A stretch of 64,000 bases of DNA from Flectonema sp. DT1601. Taxonomy: Eukaryota. The notes below the pieces were generated by a model that was given only the letters and a program-made list of their open reading frames with translations, was not told the DNA's origin and ran no database searches. The stretch is taken from contig OZ025804.1 in NCBI GenBank assembly GCA_964019425.1, positions 434,001 through 498,000 on the forward strand, written 5' to 3'. The translations under genes were made by a program, and so were the position numbers. Shown piece by piece: positions 35,018 to 46,022 of the stretch; the stretch's first letter is position 1; each line of letters begins with the position of its first letter.

Positions 35018-35643
35018 GCAACATCACCTTCGGTGTTGTCGCAGTGTCTCATCCAACACTCCTGTCTCCTTCTTCTCCTATTCTCCTTAAAAATTTCTCT
35101 TGAGGGCAGGCCTTCGGGCTGTTCAAGTGGTCTTTGACCACCGCTCTAGTTATATGCTCGACTCTTTGTTTTTCCTTATCGATGGTAGGAATGGTAACCG
35201 AATTAGCTTCGTGTGTCCAATTTCAAGGACGCGTGACCATTTATTTTTTTTCCGTTGCCGCTCTTCTTACGTCCTCAGGCGGAGCCTACCTATGTTTCCC
35301 GTGTTTTCCAATTTGTCAGACTTAAGTCAAAAAGAAAGTATAAAAGAAAGACAAAACATAGAAGTGAAAAGAACAAAAATTTTTTTTTTTTGAGTGCATC
35401 ACGACCCGTGAGTCTGTGATGCTGATTGCGCTGTTAGGCGCGGTTGTTCTTTTTCTTTCTTTCTTTCTTACTTTCTTTGTTTTGGGGGTTGGGGGTGGGA
35501 ATCCCGTAGGCTTCGTATCTCCTTTCTTTGTTTTGATAACTTAAAACTAATACTACATAATTAATTGTCCACTTGGACGACTTCAGATGTGTTGCAATGA
35601 TGCCTTCAATGTTGATATTCGAAATGTCGATGTTTTAATAATA

Positions 35644-38600
35644 CTACCGTCCTAATAGTTGTGCCAGTCTGTCTAAGGTTGTGACAAATCCAGTCATCTG
35701 CTGTTGATTCGCAGGTAAGTAGCAGTCCTCCAGCTGGCATGCTTCCTCTCCCTTGTCATTCATCATGTGACTGATGTATTTTTCCCTCAAGGTTTCTATA
35801 CACCAATGTTCGCATATAAATAATACATGATGTGCTGTCGCCTTTCCAAGTTTACAGAAAAAGCACAGCTCGTTCAGTCCTTTGATTATCAGAGATCTAC
35901 AATGTCCCACTCTAAAGCGTGACATCAGTACTTCCTCTGGTCGTGTTAGAGCTTCGATGTACGGAGGGTGTCTTACCTCTCCCGGTCCGATCCAGTTCTC
36001 CCGTTTTCTCCGCTTGTGAAACGTCATCAATGTTCCCATGTCAAGTTGAGTGGGCAGTTGTTTAATAATAACATCTTCGTGAGGTGGATCTTCCTTCAGG
36101 CCTGCAGCGAATTTCGCCAGTTGGTCCGCTACTTCGTTGTACCGCACGTTTCTGTGTGCCGGTACATACTGCATGTTGACTTGGATTCCCTTCTTCTCCA
36201 GTTTCATTGCCAACTTCCAGATCTTTTTGTTCATTGGGGACCTTTGTTTATATGGCCCTTGTTCCAATGCCTGCATGACTGACATCGAATCAGTCAACAG
36301 GTGCGTCGTTGTTGTTAGAGATTCATGTTCATCCTCCGCCACCTGAACTAAATTTTCCAACGCCAGTTTTACTGCAATCTGCTCGGTCCTATAAGAGGAA
36401 CCCGCTACTGGTATTTTATATCCAAGTAGACGCATCTTGCTTTCTTTTACTATGACCACAGCGGCAGCCGAGTCTGTCATGTAAGTCTCGGATTTGTGTC
36501 TTATCGACCCGTCAGTGTAGACTTTCATCTCGTGAGTTGGTAGTTCAGCTTCTCGCTGTTCAGCCTCTTCCTTGTTGCTTGAATATGTGAATCTCATCGC
36601 ACTAGTACTTTTCCATGGAGGGAGAGTGTAGTGTTCTGGGTTCACTTCCAGGTTGGTAATGCTCCGGTAGTTGTCAAGTCCAGGGACACCAGAGACATAG
36701 TCTATCCAGACATTCCATCCCCATTTTGATTTTTGGTATAATTCTGAACTCCCTGTTCTCGTCAGCTTGCGAGTCGGCAGGAACGGACTCAATTTGAAAC
36801 GTTCATAAGTTCTACACATCTTATACTGGATGTGTTCCTTTAGTCTTGGCGTATCGGCTTCTTTGTAAAGTCTCTGTAGTTTGGTGCTCCGCAGACATCC
36901 AGTTACCAGCCTCACTGCCCTGTTTACCAGTAATTCCAGTTGTTCGAAGCACTCTTTTGGTAACATCCAAGCAAAGCTTTCAACACCATAAAGCACCCTT
37001 GCTAACACCACCGTCACCAGTATACTAATGAGTGTCCTCTTTCTGCAGCCTATCCTAGTGAGTCTAACCAACAAGCCTAGACCCTTGGAAGCAGCTGTCA
37101 TCATCTTTTGAATTTGCGACTTAAAGGTTAACTTCTCGTCATAATGTACACCCAGGTACCGCACGGTATTCGTCTTGTGAACTTTTCGTCCAACCGCATA
37201 GGCAAATCCGTGTAGTCCGGGCCCCACTCTTTCCAGCATCTTATCTATTTCTGCCTTGTTGTGGACTTTCTTCAGTTGTGGGAAGCGGGCACTCATCTTC
37301 ATTGTTTTCAGTACCGCCGGTTTGTTCGGTAGCTTGACTTTGATCTTATGTTTTGGAACGACGTACAGGTGAGTGATGGCGAATTCTTCTTTTGAAACTA
37401 CAGTTGTTGAGTTATCATCCTTCACAAGGTTACACCACATATTTAAATGTGTGTTCCTCCGAGTATACCACTACTGGGGACTTGTCGTGAGTTCCACTTG
37501 GCCTCACGTGAATGTATTCCGTCTTGCCAGGGTTCTTATTGATTTTGATGTGTGAGTCAAGTGCCCACCTTTCAAATATTTTGACTGCGTTGTTAACCTT
37601 GTTTTCTAAACAGCTGACAGTGCCTGCGGTTATTACTATTCCAACATCATCTGCAAAGACAGTCGGTTCGTACATCTCTAGTTTATCTATCAAATCGTTT
37701 ATGAAGATAGAGAATAACTGGGGTCCCAGCACGCTTCCTTGTGGTACTCCTACTCGAATGTTCCGGAATGCTCCCTTCACTCCATTCACCCTTGTTGAAA
37801 TCTTCCTACTAGTCAAGTAGTTTTGAACCCACCGTAGATATTTCGTTGGTAGTCCTATTTTGGACATCTTATTTAGAAGAGTTACCGGTTGAACTGCATC
37901 AAAGGCTTTTTGTAGGTCGAAGGTGATTAATATCGCTTCTTCTCCCATTGCCTTGGCACTTTTGAGTTTGTCTGTAACTATACAGAGATTTTCAATGGAA
38001 TCCCGTCCTCGTTTGTAGGCTGCTTGCCTCGGATTCATTCTGTCTTTCAACAGGTGGTGCATCCGTTCTACGACCATTCTTTCAAAGAGTTTCGAGACGG
38101 TCGAGGTTAGTGCTATCGGTCTGTACGATAGGACTTGTTTCTTGTCTTTATCAGGTTTCAGTATGGGTATTACCATTCCACTTTTCCAGCACCTGGGTAC
38201 TGCTGATCGTTGCCATGAGAGGTTGAATAGTCTTAGTAGTTGCTCGAGGAAAGCTTTTGGAAGTTGTTTTAACATCGAGTTCCAGATGTGGTCAGGTCCA
38301 GGTGCCTTCTTCTCCTTTGTTTTTGAAATTTGTCGTTCCAGTTCAGGCATTCCAAATTCCACCGAGTTGTCATCAGGTATTCCTTGTAAGGTTGGTTCAC
38401 CATCTTCGAATTTGAATTGGTCTGCGTATGTTTTGGTGAAGACATCTGCCATCTCCCGCGAGTCGGTTAATTCCTTCTCACCGTCGACAATCTTAGTAAT
38501 TGAATGGTCCATCATTCTACCTTCCAGTTGTTTAACTTTTCTAAAGGCCCATCGGTAGTCCATTCCAGTCATGTCGCACTCAATGATCTTCTGTTTGATC

Positions 38601-39541
38601 ATGTTGATACCTCTTTCAATTGCTTCTGAGTCTGTCTTATCAGGGTCAGTCTCTGCCATTAAATCTTCCAATTCTGAATCCCTCACAGCGAAGGTACTAC
38701 TTGACTTTTTGTTGTAGCCTGGGATGGCCCTACTCGCTGCTCTCAGAATCTCGTTGTTGATCCTATTAGCAAGTTTCTGCACATTCTTAATTCTTTCTAA
38801 TTTGGGCGCTGCCCTTTCCAACAATATTTTATAATAATTCCAATCGGCACAATGCCACTTCCATTTCCATGTCCCAGAACTCTCTTTTGAATATTCATCT
38901 GTTTTGATATCTTCGATTGTCAGTTTGAGTGGCAGGTGATCGCTGCCCCATCCCTTCATGAGTTCGATTTGTGCATCTATTGAAATATCTAATGCAATTA
39001 CATCCGGAGAAGCTGAGCTTTGTGGTCTTGTGTGTTGTTGAGGTTTATTTAGAATTTTAATTGTTGCTTCTAGTGACCAATCGTAGAAGCTGTTACCAGT
39101 GGTGTTCGTATTACCATTTGACCAAGTTGAATGGTGTCCATTAATGTCACCCGCAATCAATGTGCCGGGCTCTGTTTTGAACTTCCAGGTTGTTGCCTTG
39201 ATTTCAGGCGGGTGGTAAACATTGTGAATTGTCAATGGCGGATTAGATTGAAGTACTACTGTTAATATCTCAGTTTGGTCATGTGAGATGTCGGGGTGTT
39301 TTAATATTAACTTATTTAAATCATTTCTGACCAGAGTGACGAGTCCTCGATGACCTGACTTGATGGTGCTGTCTCTCCTGTGGATTGAATATCCTTCAAT
39401 AGCGAAGTGTTTTTCTTTTGATAACCACGTTTCCTGCAGTAGTACTACTTCAGGCTTTTCTTCTTTCAGTGCCCAGTTCAATCGAAAGTAATTTTCTGGT
39501 TTCAGAACTGAGCGAATGTTATTTGACCAAATCACAATCAT
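35644..39541 (-). pseudogene. LINE ORF2, split by 20-nt deletion into 703-aa and 598-aa frames
   Basis: ORF track plus direct comparison with 43890-43915. Confidence 0.9.
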
Positions 39542-41403
39542 GATTGGCCAGTGTTGTTCCTGTTGGTCGCACTTGTAGTAATCTTGTTCATACCAAGATT
39601 GTTCTCAATCCTCTTGACAGCTTCTATTAGCGAAGTGATGGCTGTCGCCATGTTGTTGTTGGCTGCTTCGTTCTTTTTCGTAGTTTGCACCAGGGTTTCT
39701 ACAATCCCGGTTATCTGTGCCATGCCTTCATCAAGTCGAACTTGCATGTCCTTCACTTCTTTCTGAAGACGTTCGATTGTCTCGTTCGTTTTCTCTCTCA
39801 GGCTGTTGACGTTGTTTTCTACAACCTGAACTTCGGCCGTTGGTTTCTTCGTTGTCGGGAGTGACCTCTTGACCGCGGCTGCGTACGATGTTCTAGCCTC
39901 ACGGTACTTAACTACAACGGGTTTCGCTGTTTCCTTCGCCTTCACTTCTGTTTCTAACTTTTCAATGAGGATGACAATATCTCCACACTGTACAAACCTT
40001 GATTCTGGTTTCTTGTCCAGTGCGATGATAAAGTCACCTCTATCCATCCTTATGAACTTTGACTTCAGTCCTATCTCCAATAGGATATTCCGAAGTCTGT
40101 TACCCCAGCTGTAAGGTGCTCCACTGAGACGGTGAAGCCCTTCGCCAAACACTGTGGATGCATATTTACCAGCACCCTTTCTTACTTTATCAACATCCTT
40201 TTGATAAACCACCCTCAATCCAATCTTGCCATGAATGATGGTGAGTCCATGGCAGAGGTCATGTTGGGCTTTAAGTATGCCAACTGCCTCTTCGTTTGTT
40301 GTCTTGCGGTCCAGCCACACTGTGGTGTACTGAGTGGGTGTCTGTCCCGCCACTGATTTAATCCGGAAATAAACATTTCCTATTCCGGAGTTTCTTAAAA
40401 GTGCGACAGCTGCTTCCACATCGTTTGGGAGAACAGTGAGTTCTACGAAGTCTTTGCCAACGTATCTGTAGGAGCGTTGATCGACTCTTCCGTGTTGTGC
40501 CACAACAGCTTTGACAATTGCTGTTACAGCTGCCGGGTTTTGGACCTGTGACTTGGTCAACTCTTTAGTTGTTATCCACGCAATTAATTCGTGGGTCACC
40601 GGTGCGTTGATCTTCTTGGCGATCGTTAGAGTTGGCCGGTGGATCGTGCCAGACAGAGCAACGAACCACCAGCTTCTTATTTTTAATTGCCCATCGAATT
40701 GGACAGGTGTCTGTATCTGACTGCAGTCAGTTGCGTGTTGTAGGGCACGTTTTGGAGGTGGTCGTGTGAACACCATCGTCAGTTGCTTCGTTTTACTGGC
40801 CTTTTCGAAGTAGTCTTCGTCCAGGCTTCTTGCTTGTTGAGATAATGCAAGTATAATGCCGTTGGTCTTGCTGTTGAGGGTCTCAGTTGGCTGGAGTATT
40901 TTGCATTTAAAATGCTCCTTGTTTAGCTTCGGTGGTGGTCCATTCATAATCACCGTCGATCTTCTTTGTGCCTCTTTGATTTGAGGGCTTGATTGGGGTG
41001 CCTCATTTGACGGAGGGCTTTGATCTGCTTTTAAAAATTTACTTCCATGTGCCTCGATATTTTGAGGGCTTATTTGAATTGCCTCTTTGTTTTGAGGGCT
41101 TGTCTTTGTTTGAGTTGCCTCCTTGTTTTGAGGGCTTGCTTGAAATGCTGCGGGAGGTCCTACTGCGGTCACCTCTACTGCGATTCCTTCCGGTACTTCT
41201 GGAGAGTCCATCTCCATTTCTTCCTCTGATACTTCTGGTGATTCTCCCATCACCACGTCCTCGTCTTCTTGCTGTTGGGTCTCTTCTTCTTCCCGGATCT
41301 CATTTCTGGCTTGTTCCCTCATCATCTTCGCCTCTTTCCTTTCTCTTTCTCTCCTTTCTGCAGCCCTTCTATCTTGCGGACGCATTGCTTTCTTTCCAGC
41401 CAT
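39538..41403 (-). CDS. LINE ORF1, copy B
   Basis: Translation identical to copy A. Confidence 0.85.
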   Translation of the reverse strand: MAGKKAMRPQDRRAAERRERERKEAKMMREQARNEIREEEETQQQEDEDVVMGESPEVSEEEMEMDSPEVPEGIAVEVTAVGPPAAFQASPQNKEATQTKTSPQNKEAIQISPQNIEAHGSKFLKADQSPPSNEAPQSSPQIKEAQRRSTVIMNGPPPKLNKEHFKCKILQPTETLNSKTNGIILALSQQARSLDEDYFEKASKTKQLTMVFTRPPPKRALQHATDCSQIQTPVQFDGQLKIRSWWFVALSGTIHRPTLTIAKKINAPVTHELIAWITTKELTKSQVQNPAAVTAIVKAVVAQHGRVDQRSYRYVGKDFVELTVLPNDVEAAVALLRNSGIGNVYFRIKSVAGQTPTQYTTVWLDRKTTNEEAVGILKAQHDLCHGLTIIHGKIGLRVVYQKDVDKVRKGAGKYASTVFGEGLHRLSGAPYSWGNRLRNILLEIGLKSKFIRMDRGDFIIALDKKPESRFVQCGDIVILIEKLETEVKAKETAKPVVVKYREARTSYAAAVKRSLPTTKKPTAEVQVVENNVNSLREKTNETIERLQKEVKDMQVRLDEGMAQITGIVETLVQTTKKNEAANNNMATAITSLIEAVKRIENNLGMNKITTSATNRNNTGQS

Positions 41404-42104
41404 TTTAATTTTTTTAAGGTTCGGAATCAATAAAGTACAGAATAAAATAAAACTGCAATAAAAGAAAAAGAAAAGAACGCAACATCACCTTCGGTGTTGT
41501 CGCAGTGTCTCATCCAACACTCCTGTCTCCTTCTTCTCCTATTCTCCTTAAAAATTTCTCTTGAGGGCAGGCCTTCGGGCTGTTCAAGTGGTCTTTGACC
41601 ACCGCTCTAGTTATATGCTCGACTCTTTGTTTTTCCTTATCGATGGTAGGAATGGTAACCGAATTAGCTTCGTGTGTCCAATTTCAAGGACGCGTGACCA
41701 TTTATTTTTTTTCCGTTGCCGCTCTTCTTACGTCCTCAGGCGGAGCCTACCTATGTTTCCCGTGTTTTCCAATTTGTCAGACTTAAGTCAAAAAGAAAGT
41801 ATAAAAGAAAGACAAAACATAGAAGTGAAAAGAACAAAAATTTTTTTTTTTTGAGTGCATCACGACCCGTGAGTCTGTGATGCTGATTGCGCTGTTAGGC
41901 GCGGTTGTTCTTTTTCTTTCTTTCTTTCTTACTTTCTTTGTTTTGGGGGTTGGGGGTGGGAATCCCGTAGGCTTCGTATCTCCTTTCTTTGTTTTGATAA
42001 CTTAAAACTAATACTACATAATTAATTGTCCACTTGGACGACTTCAGATGTGTTGCAATGATGCCTTCAATGTTGATATTCGAAATGTCGATGTTTTAAT
42101 AATA

Positions 42105-45100
42105 CTACCGTCCTAATAGTTGTGCCAGTCTGTCTAAGGTTGTGACAAATCCAGTCATCTGCTGTTGATTCGCAGGTAAGTAGCAGTCCTCCAGCTGGCA
42201 TGCTTCCTCTCCCTTGTCATTCATCATGTGACTGATGTATTTTTCCCTCAAGGTTTCTATACACCAATGTTCGCATATAAATAATACATGATGTGCTGTC
42301 GCCTTTCCAAGTTTACAGAAAAAGCACAGCTCGTTCAGTCCTTTGATTATCAGAGATCTACAATGTCCCACTCTAAAGCGTGACATCAGTACTTCCTCTG
42401 GTCGTGTTAGAGCTTCGATGTACGGAGGGTGTCTTACCTCTCCCGGTCCGATCCAGTTCTCCCGTTTTCTCCGCTTGTGAAACGTCATCAATGTTCCCAT
42501 GTCAAGTTGAGTGGGCAGTTGTTTAATAATAACATCTTCGTGAGGTGGATCTTCCTTCAGGCCTGCAGCGAATTTCGCCAGTTGGTCCGCTACTTCGTTG
42601 TACCGCACGTTTCTGTGTGCCGGTACATACTGCATGTTGACTTGGATTCCCTTCTTCTCCAGTTTCATTGCCAACTTCCAGATCTTTTTGTTCATTGGGG
42701 ACCTTTGTTTATATGGCCCTTGTTCCAATGCCTGCATGACTGACATCGAATCAGTCAACAGGTGCGTCGTTGTTGTTAGAGATTCATGTTCATCCTCCGC
42801 CACCTGAACTAAATTTTCCAACGCCAGTTTTACTGCAATCTGCTCGGTCCTATAAGAGGAACCCGCTACTGGTATTTTATATCCAAGTAGACGCATCTTG
42901 CTTTCTTTTACTATGACCACAGCGGCAGCCGAGTCTGTCATGTAAGTCTCGGATTTGTGTCTTATCGACCCGTCAGTGTAGACTTTCATCTCGTGAGTTG
43001 GTAGTTCAGCTTCTCGCTGTTCAGCCTCTTCCTTGTTGCTTGAATATGTGAATCTCATCGCACTAGTACTTTTCCATGGAGGGAGAGTGTAGTGTTCTGG
43101 GTTCACTTCCAGGTTGGTAATGCTCCGGTAGTTGTCAAGTCCAGGGACACCAGAGACATAGTCTATCCAGACATTCCATCCCCATTTTGATTTTTGGTAT
43201 AATTCTGAACTCCCTGTTCTCGTCAGCTTGCGAGTCGGCAGGAACGGACTCAATTTGAAACGTTCATAAGTTCTACACATCTTATACTGGATGTGTTCCT
43301 TTAGTCTTGGCGTATCGGCTTCTTTGTAAAGTCTCTGTAGTTTGGTGCTCCGCAGACATCCAGTTACCAGCCTCACTGCCCTGTTTACCAGTAATTCCAG
43401 TTGTTCGAAGCACTCTTTTGGTAACATCCAAGCAAAGCTTTCAACACCATAAAGCACCCTTGCTAACACCACCGTCACCAGTATACTAATGAGTGTCCTC
43501 TTTCTGCAGCCTATCCTAGTGAGTCTAACCAACAAGCCTAGACCCTTGGAAGCAGCTGTCATCATCTTTTGAATTTGCGACTTAAAGGTTAACTTCTCGT
43601 CATAATGTACACCCAGGTACCGCACGGTATTCGTCTTGTGAACTTTTCGTCCAACCGCATAGGCAAATCCGTGTAGTCCGGGCCCCACTCTTTCCAGCAT
43701 CTTATCTATTTCTGCCTTGTTGTGGACTTTCTTCAGTTGTGGGAAGCGGGCACTCATCTTCATTGTTTTCAGTACCGCCGGTTTGTTCGGTAGCTTGACT
43801 TTGATCTTATGTTTTGGAACGACGTACAGGTGAGTGATGGCGAATTCTTCTTTTGAAACTACAGTTGTTGAGTTATCATCCTTCACAAGGTTACTCATTT
43901 GTTCTGCCGTGGCCACCACATATTTAAATGTGTGTTCCTCCGAGTATACCACTACTGGGGACTTGTCGTGAGTTCCACTTGGCCTCACGTGAATGTATTC
44001 CGTCTTGCCAGGGTTCTTATTGATTTTGATGTGTGAGTCAAGTGCCCACCTTTCAAATATTTTGACTGCGTTGTTAACCTTGTTTTCTAAACAGCTGACA
44101 GTGCCTGCGGTTATTACTATTCCAACATCATCTGCAAAGACAGTCGGTTCGTACATCTCTAGTTTATCTATCAAATCGTTTATGAAGATAGAGAATAACT
44201 GGGGTCCCAGCACGCTTCCTTGTGGTACTCCTACTCGAATGTTCCGGAATGCTCCCTTCACTCCATTCACCCTTGTTGAAATCTTCCTACTAGTCAAGTA
44301 GTTTTGAACCCACCGTAGATATTTCGTTGGTAGTCCTATTTTGGACATCTTATTTAGAAGAGTTACCGGTTGAACTGCATCAAAGGCTTTTTGTAGGTCG
44401 AAGGTGATTAATATCGCTTCTTCTCCCATTGCCTTGGCACTTTTGAGTTTGTCTGTAACTATACAGAGATTTTCAATGGAATCCCGTCCTCGTTTGTAGG
44501 CTGCTTGCCTCGGATTCATTCTGTCTTTCAACAGGTGGTGCATCCGTTCTACGACCATTCTTTCAAAGAGTTTCGAGACGGTCGAGGTTAGTGCTATCGG
44601 TCTGTACGATAGGACTTGTTTCTTGTCTTTATCAGGTTTCAGTATGGGTATTACCATTCCACTTTTCCAGCACCTGGGTACTGCTGATCGTTGCCATGAG
44701 AGGTTGAATAGTCTTAGTAGTTGCTCGAGGAAAGCTTTTGGAAGTTGTTTTAACATCGAGTTCCAGATGTGGTCAGGTCCAGGTGCCTTCTTCTCCTTTG
44801 TTTTTGAAATTTGTCGTTCCAGTTCAGGCATTCCAAATTCCACCGAGTTGTCATCAGGTATTCCTTGTAAGGTTGGTTCACCATCTTCGAATTTGAATTG
44901 GTCTGCGTATGTTTTGGTGAAGACATCTGCCATCTCCCGCGAGTCGGTTAATTCCTTCTCACCGTCGACAATCTTAGTAATTGAATGGTCCATCATTCTA
45001 CCTTCCAGTTGTTTAACTTTTCTAAAGGCCCATCGGTAGTCCATTCCAGTCATGTCGCACTCAATGATCTTCTGTTTGATCATGTTGATACCTCTTTCAA

Positions 45101-46022
45101 TTGCTTCTGAGTCTGTCTTATCAGGGTCAGTCTCTGCCATTAAATCTTCCAATTCTGAATCCCTCACAGCGAAGGTACTACTTGACTTTTTGTTGTAGCC
45201 TGGGATGGCCCTACTCGCTGCTCTCAGAATCTCGTTGTTGATCCTATTAGCAAGTTTCTGCACATTCTTAATTCTTTCTAATTTGGGCGCTGCCCTTTCC
45301 AACAATATTTTATAATAATTCCAATCGGCACAATGCCACTTCCATTTCCATGTCCCAGAACTCTCTTTTGAATATTCATCTGTTTTGATATCTTCGATTG
45401 TCAGTTTGAGTGGCAGGTGATCGCTGCCCCATCCCTTCATGAGTTCGATTTGTGCATCTATTGAAATATCTAATGCAATTACATCCGGAGAAGCTGAGCT
45501 TTGTGGTCTTGTGTGTTGTTGAGGTTTATTTAGAATTTTAATTGTTGCTTCTAGTGACCAATCGTAGAAGCTGTTACCAGTGGTGTTCGTATTACCATTT
45601 GACCAAGTTGAATGGTGTCCATTAATGTCACCCGCAATCAATGTGCCGGGCTCTGTTTTGAACTTCCAGGTTGTTGCCTTGATTTCAGGCGGGTGGTAAA
45701 CATTGTGAATTGTCAATGGCGGATTAGATTGAAGTACTACTGTTAATATCTCAGTTTGGTCATGTGAGATGTCGGGGTGTTTTAATATTAACTTATTTAA
45801 ATCATTTCTGACCAGAGTGACGAGTCCTCGATGACCTGACTTGATGGTGCTGTCTCTCCTGTGGATTGAATATCCTTCAATAGCGAAGTGTTTTTCTTTT
45901 GATAACCACGTTTCCTGCAGTAGTACTACTTCAGGCTTTTCTTCTTTCAGTGCCCAGTTCAATCGAAAGTAATTTTCTGGTTTCAGAACTGAGCGAATGT
46001 TATTTGACCAAATCACAATCAT
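42105..46022 (-). CDS. LINE ORF2 polyprotein: AP endonuclease, reverse transcriptase, RNase H, C-terminal Cys/His finger
   Basis: LQETW, GDINGH, SDH (APE); KAPGPD, YRPIALTS, DLQKAFD, GVPQGSVLGP, FADD, YLG (RT); YTDGS, TEQIA, TDS, VPAH...NEVADQLAK (RNase H); CFFC...HVLFIC. Confidence 0.95.
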   Translation of the reverse strand: MIVIWSNNIRSVLKPENYFRLNWALKEEKPEVVLLQETWLSKEKHFAIEGYSIHRRDSTIKSGHRGLVTLVRNDLNKLILKHPDISHDQTEILTVVLQSNPPLTIHNVYHPPEIKATTWKFKTEPGTLIAGDINGHHSTWSNGNTNTTGNSFYDWSLEATIKILNKPQQHTRPQSSASPDVIALDISIDAQIELMKGWGSDHLPLKLTIEDIKTDEYSKESSGTWKWKWHCADWNYYKILLERAAPKLERIKNVQKLANRINNEILRAASRAIPGYNKKSSSTFAVRDSELEDLMAETDPDKTDSEAIERGINMIKQKIIECDMTGMDYRWAFRKVKQLEGRMMDHSITKIVDGEKELTDSREMADVFTKTYADQFKFEDGEPTLQGIPDDNSVEFGMPELERQISKTKEKKAPGPDHIWNSMLKQLPKAFLEQLLRLFNLSWQRSAVPRCWKSGMVIPILKPDKDKKQVLSYRPIALTSTVSKLFERMVVERMHHLLKDRMNPRQAAYKRGRDSIENLCIVTDKLKSAKAMGEEAILITFDLQKAFDAVQPVTLLNKMSKIGLPTKYLRWVQNYLTSRKISTRVNGVKGAFRNIRVGVPQGSVLGPQLFSIFINDLIDKLEMYEPTVFADDVGIVITAGTVSCLENKVNNAVKIFERWALDSHIKINKNPGKTEYIHVRPSGTHDKSPVVVYSEEHTFKYVVATAEQMSNLVKDDNSTTVVSKEEFAITHLYVVPKHKIKVKLPNKPAVLKTMKMSARFPQLKKVHNKAEIDKMLERVGPGLHGFAYAVGRKVHKTNTVRYLGVHYDEKLTFKSQIQKMMTAASKGLGLLVRLTRIGCRKRTLISILVTVVLARVLYGVESFAWMLPKECFEQLELLVNRAVRLVTGCLRSTKLQRLYKEADTPRLKEHIQYKMCRTYERFKLSPFLPTRKLTRTGSSELYQKSKWGWNVWIDYVSGVPGLDNYRSITNLEVNPEHYTLPPWKSTSAMRFTYSSNKEEAEQREAELPTHEMKVYTDGSIRHKSETYMTDSAAAVVIVKESKMRLLGYKIPVAGSSYRTEQIAVKLALENLVQVAEDEHESLTTTTHLLTDSMSVMQALEQGPYKQRSPMNKKIWKLAMKLEKKGIQVNMQYVPAHRNVRYNEVADQLAKFAAGLKEDPPHEDVIIKQLPTQLDMGTLMTFHKRRKRENWIGPGEVRHPPYIEALTRPEEVLMSRFRVGHCRSLIIKGLNELCFFCKLGKATAHHVLFICEHWCIETLREKYISHMMNDKGEEACQLEDCYLPANQQQMTGFVTTLDRLAQLLGR

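Larger units (their letters stand above)
35380..41840 (-). mobile_element. Tandem LINE copy B (6461 nt; 20-nt frameshifting deletion in ORF2)
   Basis: Matches copy C except loss of ctcatttgttctgccgtggc at ~37433. Confidence 0.95.

Noticed and set aside
35240..35290. CUGAGGA...GAAA hammerhead-like core in the LINE 5' region (minus)
   Set aside because: No stem III or matching stem I can be formed
34967..35391. LINE array as site-specific insertions in an SL RNA gene array
   Set aside because: No SL 5' half, GT donor/intron or Sm site flanks the units; only the exon 3' end is present
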